Below are positions 59,801-64,000 of a stretch of 64,000 bases of DNA, one piece after another. The notes under the pieces were generated by a model. The model did not search any database, was not told where the DNA came from, and saw nothing but the letters and a program-made list of their open reading frames with translations. Positions within the stretch are counted from its first letter, which is position 1, and each line of letters begins with the position of its first letter. Source of the DNA: Camelus dromedarius (taxonomy: Eukaryota); the NCBI RefSeq assembly GCF_036321535.1, contig NC_087436.1, positions 15,004,001-15,068,000 of the forward strand. The letters run 5' to 3'. Both the position numbers and the translations under genes were made by a program.

Positions 59801-60519
59801 CTCAGAAAGAATATAAAAAGCCACATGTGACCTCCTGTTATACGTGTGTGAGGGAACATGCTTTGAAGCATAATTCTGTCCTCCCAGCCCTTTTTCCTCT
59901 GAAAAAGAAAAACAGAATAAAAGAAAGAAGGAAAAATGGGAGAGAGGGGCAAAAAGAGAGAGAAAGACTAAGGCAGAAAGAAGGAAAGAGGGAGAAAGTG
60001 AAAGAAAGGGAAAACAGATGGAGGAGCGAGAAAGAGAGAGAAGGACCAGGCTGTGCACTGACGTCACTGACGCCACTGGTGTCACACACGACGTGAAGCA
60101 TCAGACATTGCAGTTTGTGAGGCTCCTTGTGGAATCTTTCTAACAACAACCTTGTTAGAAGGATGTTACTGTCACTATTGTACAGATGAGGAAATGAACA
60201 GGAATCTCAGGAAGGCTCTGACTTTCAGAGGTGCCCACAAATGAGGGGGCAGCCTCCTACCAGATGGCTCTCATTCTGCAATTAACACACATTTGAAGCC
60301 TTGTCTCACGGGCTCCGAGGCTCCCACCCACCCCGGTTCTCCCTCTCTCAGTCTGGTCACTTCTTCTCAGTCGTCTCTGATTTCCCCTCATCCTCCCAAC
60401 CTCTCAACACCTCAGGTCTGTGGTCTCTCTGCTTTCCTACTTCCATGCACCCTCAGGGCGATCTATCAGAATTGGTGGCTTTAAATAAGATCCACCTGCT
60501 GGTGACTCCCACAGCTCCA

Positions 60520-61225
60520 TCTCGATCCAAGTCTCTCCATCATCCAGCTGCCTATTCACCAACCCAAACATCAGACGTCCGGAGCTCAGCTCCTACTACT
60601 AATCTGCCCTGAACTCAGTTCCTTTGCACAGACGTCTTCACATCAGTAAATGGCAAGTCTGTTCTCACATGCTCAGAACAGGAACCTTGAGAGCATCTTT
60701 GACTCCTCTTTCTAGCCTGTCCTACGTGCCTAATCCATCAGGAAGCACTTTTGGTGTTCTACCTTCAAAGCGTATCCAAAATCCAACAATCTCTCACCAC
60801 CTGCGCTGCCACACCTCTGTCCAAGTCACCATCCCCTTGCACCTGGATACGGCAGTGGCCTCCTGACCAGTCGCCCTGCTTGTACCCTGGCCTCTTGAGT
60901 CTACGCTTCACACAGCAGCCCCAAAGTCTGATCCTTTTGAAATGTTAGAGAATGCCAGAACGCTGCAGGGACCTTGCCCACCCAATGGCTTTCCATCACA
61001 CTGAGAGGAAAATCCTCAACCCTTCTAAGACCTATAGCACTGTGTGAGCTGACCCACAGGAGCTCTCCAACTTCCTCTCCTTCCATTTCCTTTCTCCTCC
61101 CACCGCTGCAGCTGCCCTGGTCTCCCCGGGCCCTTGAACTTGCCAGGCACGCCCCCAGCTGACAGCCTTTGCATTCGTTATCTCTGCTCTCCTCCCACAT
61201 AATTATAAAGCTTCCCACCTTCACG
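60520..61225 (+). mobile_element. L2 (L2a-like), upstream part of a split element
   Basis: catcagtaaatggca...accttgagagcatctttgactcctc...ttctaccttcaaagcgtatcc...cacacagcagcc...tgatccttttgaaatg. Confidence 0.85.
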
Positions 61226-61416
61226 TAAATTTCACCTTCTTGTTGTGCTACCCATCCCTGCCCCTCTTCTGTGTCTGACATCTCCCACACAGCACCTCAG
61301 GTCAAATTCCTCTCCCTTCTTCCCTCTGGACAGAATTCTTAGGGCCTTTCAGAAGTCATTCCTGTGAGATGCAGGGATCAGCTATGCTTGATACCAAGCA
61401 GTGGCTACCGTGGAAC

Positions 61417-61937
61417 TGTGAGTGAAAAATTTTGCCCCCGTATCAGTAACAAAGGACGCTGCCATCAGCCACCAGCCACCAGACACTACCTCCGCCCCCA
61501 ACAGTGAGCCCGAGGGGACTCAGGATGGAAACAAGCAGGCAGCCAGCTGCCAAGTCCTCAGCCTCTGCAGCCACCCCACCCCCAACCATGCCCCCTGAGG
61601 GGACTCAGGATGGAAGCACAGGATACTGGCCCAAGAGAGCTAAGGTGCTCATTAAAGGAGCCCAGACCTTTGCATCTTCCCTTATATAGCAAAGCACTAA
61701 ATTCCTTAACTTGAGATGCCTGGTTTCCTTTAATTAATGGTAATTTTTCAATGTTCTGACTACCTGATCTTTGTTGCAAAAACTCATATATATCCTGGCT
61801 CCTCCCTGACTGCTTCAGAGCAGTCTCTCAGAGCCATCTGAGAGGCTGTTTCCCGGGCTTAAGCCCTTAGAAATGTTCACTGAATAAAATGTAGTAACTC
61901 TCAACTTTTAGATGGTGCATATTTTTTTCAATTGACA
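61417..61937 (+). mobile_element. ERV1 solo LTR, MER41-like
   Basis: TG...CA termini with perfect 4-bp TSD GAAC (61413-61416, 61938-61941); TATA-like run near 61787; AATAAA at 61883-61888. Confidence 0.9.
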
Positions 61938-62037
61938 GAACACATTTTTGCATTGATTTTCCTGCCCTTCCTGTCTCACCATGCCTCGCTCTCTCTTGCT
62001 TCCTTAGAATTTTCTCACCAATAAAAAAAAAAGCATG

Positions 62038-62520
62038 TAGTTTTTCTCTATATCTGTGTCTGTTTCTGTTTTGTTATATTCATTCATTCATTTCATTTTT
62101 TAGATTCCATGTATAAGTGATAACAAAATGTATTTGTCTTTCCCTGCCTGACTTATTTCACTAAGCATCAAACCTTCCAGGTCCATCCATGTTGTTACAA
62201 ATGGCAGAATGTCGTTCTTTTTTAGGGCTGAGTAATACTCCACATCTTCTCTATCCATTCATCTGTTCATGAACACAGTAGTTACCAGTGGGGAGAGGGA
62301 AGTGGGAGGGGAAAATAGGGCTAGAGGATTAAGAGGTACAAACTACTATGTGTAAAATAAATAAGCTGTAAGGATATATTGTACAGCATAGGGAATAGAG
62401 CCAGTATTTTATAATAACTTTAAATGAGGTATGATCTATAAAAATATTGAATCAGTATGTTGTACACTTGAAACTAATATATCATAAACCAACAATACTG
62501 CAATTAATTAATTAATTAAC
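62038..62520 (+). mobile_element. L1 3' end with 5' inversion (about 62038-62276 inverted, 62277-62520 sense)
   Basis: Antisense L1 text switches to sense L1 text at gaacac|agtagttaccagtggg. Confidence 0.9.
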
Positions 62521-62569
62521 ATTAAGAGCACCCAAGCTTCAGCCTTAAGCACTGTGTTCCGTGCAACTC

Positions 62570-62835
62570 ACTTTCTAAAATTGTAAGCCTTCTGCCAACA
62601 AATACGGACACACACACACACACAACTTCCTATTCTTTTCCCTTCTTTATTTTTCATCTCAGCACTTATCACCATATACTATACTGTATATATTTACTGA
62701 TTTATTTTGTTTACTGTCTGTCTCCCTACTAGAATACAACCTCTATGATTTTTTTCTATTTTGTTTACTGTTGCATCACAAGCATCTAAAATATAACAGG
62801 TGCTCAATAAATATTTGTCAAATGAATGCATGAAT
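62570..62835 (+). mobile_element. L2 3' end (continuation of the 60.5-61.2 kb element)
   Basis: agcacttatcacc...tttactgtctgtctccctactagaat...aggtgctcaataaatatttgtcaaatgaatgcatgaat. Confidence 0.85.
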
Positions 62836-64000
62836 ATGACAGGAAAGGAGCTGTACTGAAGAACTACAGAATATTAACTTTATATATGGCCACTGACTGA
62901 GAGGAAGCAGCTCCCTAAAGATGGATCAGAACCAGAGACAGTGCTGTGCAGGTCTCAGCCTGCTCGGAAAGCCTCGGAGCTCAGTGACAGGCTAGTCCTT
63001 CTATGTCTTAGTGGGTAGACAGGTGCAGGGGACCCTACAATAAAGTGGCACTAGATTCACTCATGGCTTATGTCTATGAAACTGAATAGAAGAGCTTCAT
63101 GCATCTTGAAAGAAATGAGCTTTCCCAGTGTTTACTGTAGATGCAATTTGTATTATTTCACGGCAGTCAAGTGTGCAGTGACTTTAGATAACATCTTTGC
63201 TACCATTTTTTTTTAAATCCTAGTAGTTCTGTAATGTTTCAGTTTCACTTTACCCAGAAAATCACCTTTCATGATAGAAAAAAAATTACTAAAACCGTAT
63301 CAAATGTTCTACAGATTCCAGGCTGATATAAATAAATTCCCAGTGGGAGAATCCGCCGCGCACTTGGACTTGGTGGGATTAGGTGGGGTTATCCTGCCCT
63401 TCGCATCCTCTGCCAAGGCAAACAGAGGCGTCTTTCTGATCAGTTTGGAAATCAGCCATATCAAGAGGGTTTTTACAGCAGTCAAGCAATATTTATTTGA
63501 CATACAGACTGCCTGTGAAAAATCTAAACGTATTTGTCTACTGGAAACAAGATCAATACAGAATAATAGCATATTGTGAGTGACTCTGAATCTAGAGAGC
63601 CCTTTATTTTATCTTGGGTACAGTACACTGCACCAGTCAAGTTTCTAAAAAGAGAAATAGTGCACATCAGAAGGAAAAAAAAATTGTTATGGCCAGGAAT
63701 TCAAATTGTTATAGCAGAAGAATCTGTGGAATAGTGTATCAGCAAGGCTTCTGACCAAGTCAGTTATGCTATCCCCTCATGGACAACATGGAGAAATGAG
63801 GACCTTCCTTCTGTGGCTAGTGTGATGGTGACATAGAGGGGGAAAAAAGTAATTATTATTATGGACTATTATATAATTGAATTCCTGGTGCAGGATAGCT
63901 ATTTCCTATGTGATAGTTATTACTGGTAACTTTATCTTAGCCACCAATAGTGAAAACTTATCAGGTGTAACTGAAGTCTTATCAGGTGTAAGATGAGTTA

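Larger units (their letters stand above)
61230..62570 (+). mobile_element. LTR16-like ERVL LTR split by two later insertions
   Basis: cctgcccttcctgtctcac...ctcaccaataaa[L1]gcacccaagcttcagccttaagcactgtgttcc resembles the LTR16 3' end. Confidence 0.55.

Noticed and set aside
59915..60045. Lys/Arg/Glu-rich ORF segment
   Set aside because: Translation of a GA-rich low-complexity tract.
764..63579. ORF track entries as host protein-coding genes
   Set aside because: Short, overlapping on both strands, often inside repeats or microsatellites, with no recognisable domain apart from L1 ORF2 remnants.
1..64000. CRISPR array, operon or other prokaryotic system
   Set aside because: Sequence is clearly mammalian; no regularly spaced repeat-spacer array.

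Overview
Mammalian non-coding DNA, most likely from a camelid (alpaca/llama/camel). That assignment is inferred from six copies of a tRNA-Ala-derived SINE resembling camelid vic-1, together with laurasiatherian-type L1 3' UTRs. I recognise no host protein-coding exon or RNA gene. The only ORF pieces with a recognisable product are L1 ORF2 C-terminal fragments. Much of the window is interspersed repeat (L1, L2, MIR, MaLR/ERVL/ERV1 solo LTRs, hAT DNA transposons). Between the repeats lie repeat-free blocks dense in developmental TF motifs (a perfect Sox-Oct composite, a PBX-MEIS decamer, PBX-HOX, RFX X-boxes, CTCF, CRE), suggesting a gene desert or large intron with enhancers. I found no convincing new multi-gene system. 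The most unusual observations are: an L1 flanked by an inverted rather than direct target-site duplication (26.7-27.6 kb); a cluster of hairpins in CpG-retaining unique sequence (25.5-25.9 kb); a tail-less SINE copy with a TSD; an L1 3' transduction; and a deeply nested repeat stack containing a twin-primed L1. Repeat family names come from recalled consensus similarity, not database searches. Boundaries of old elements are approximate.
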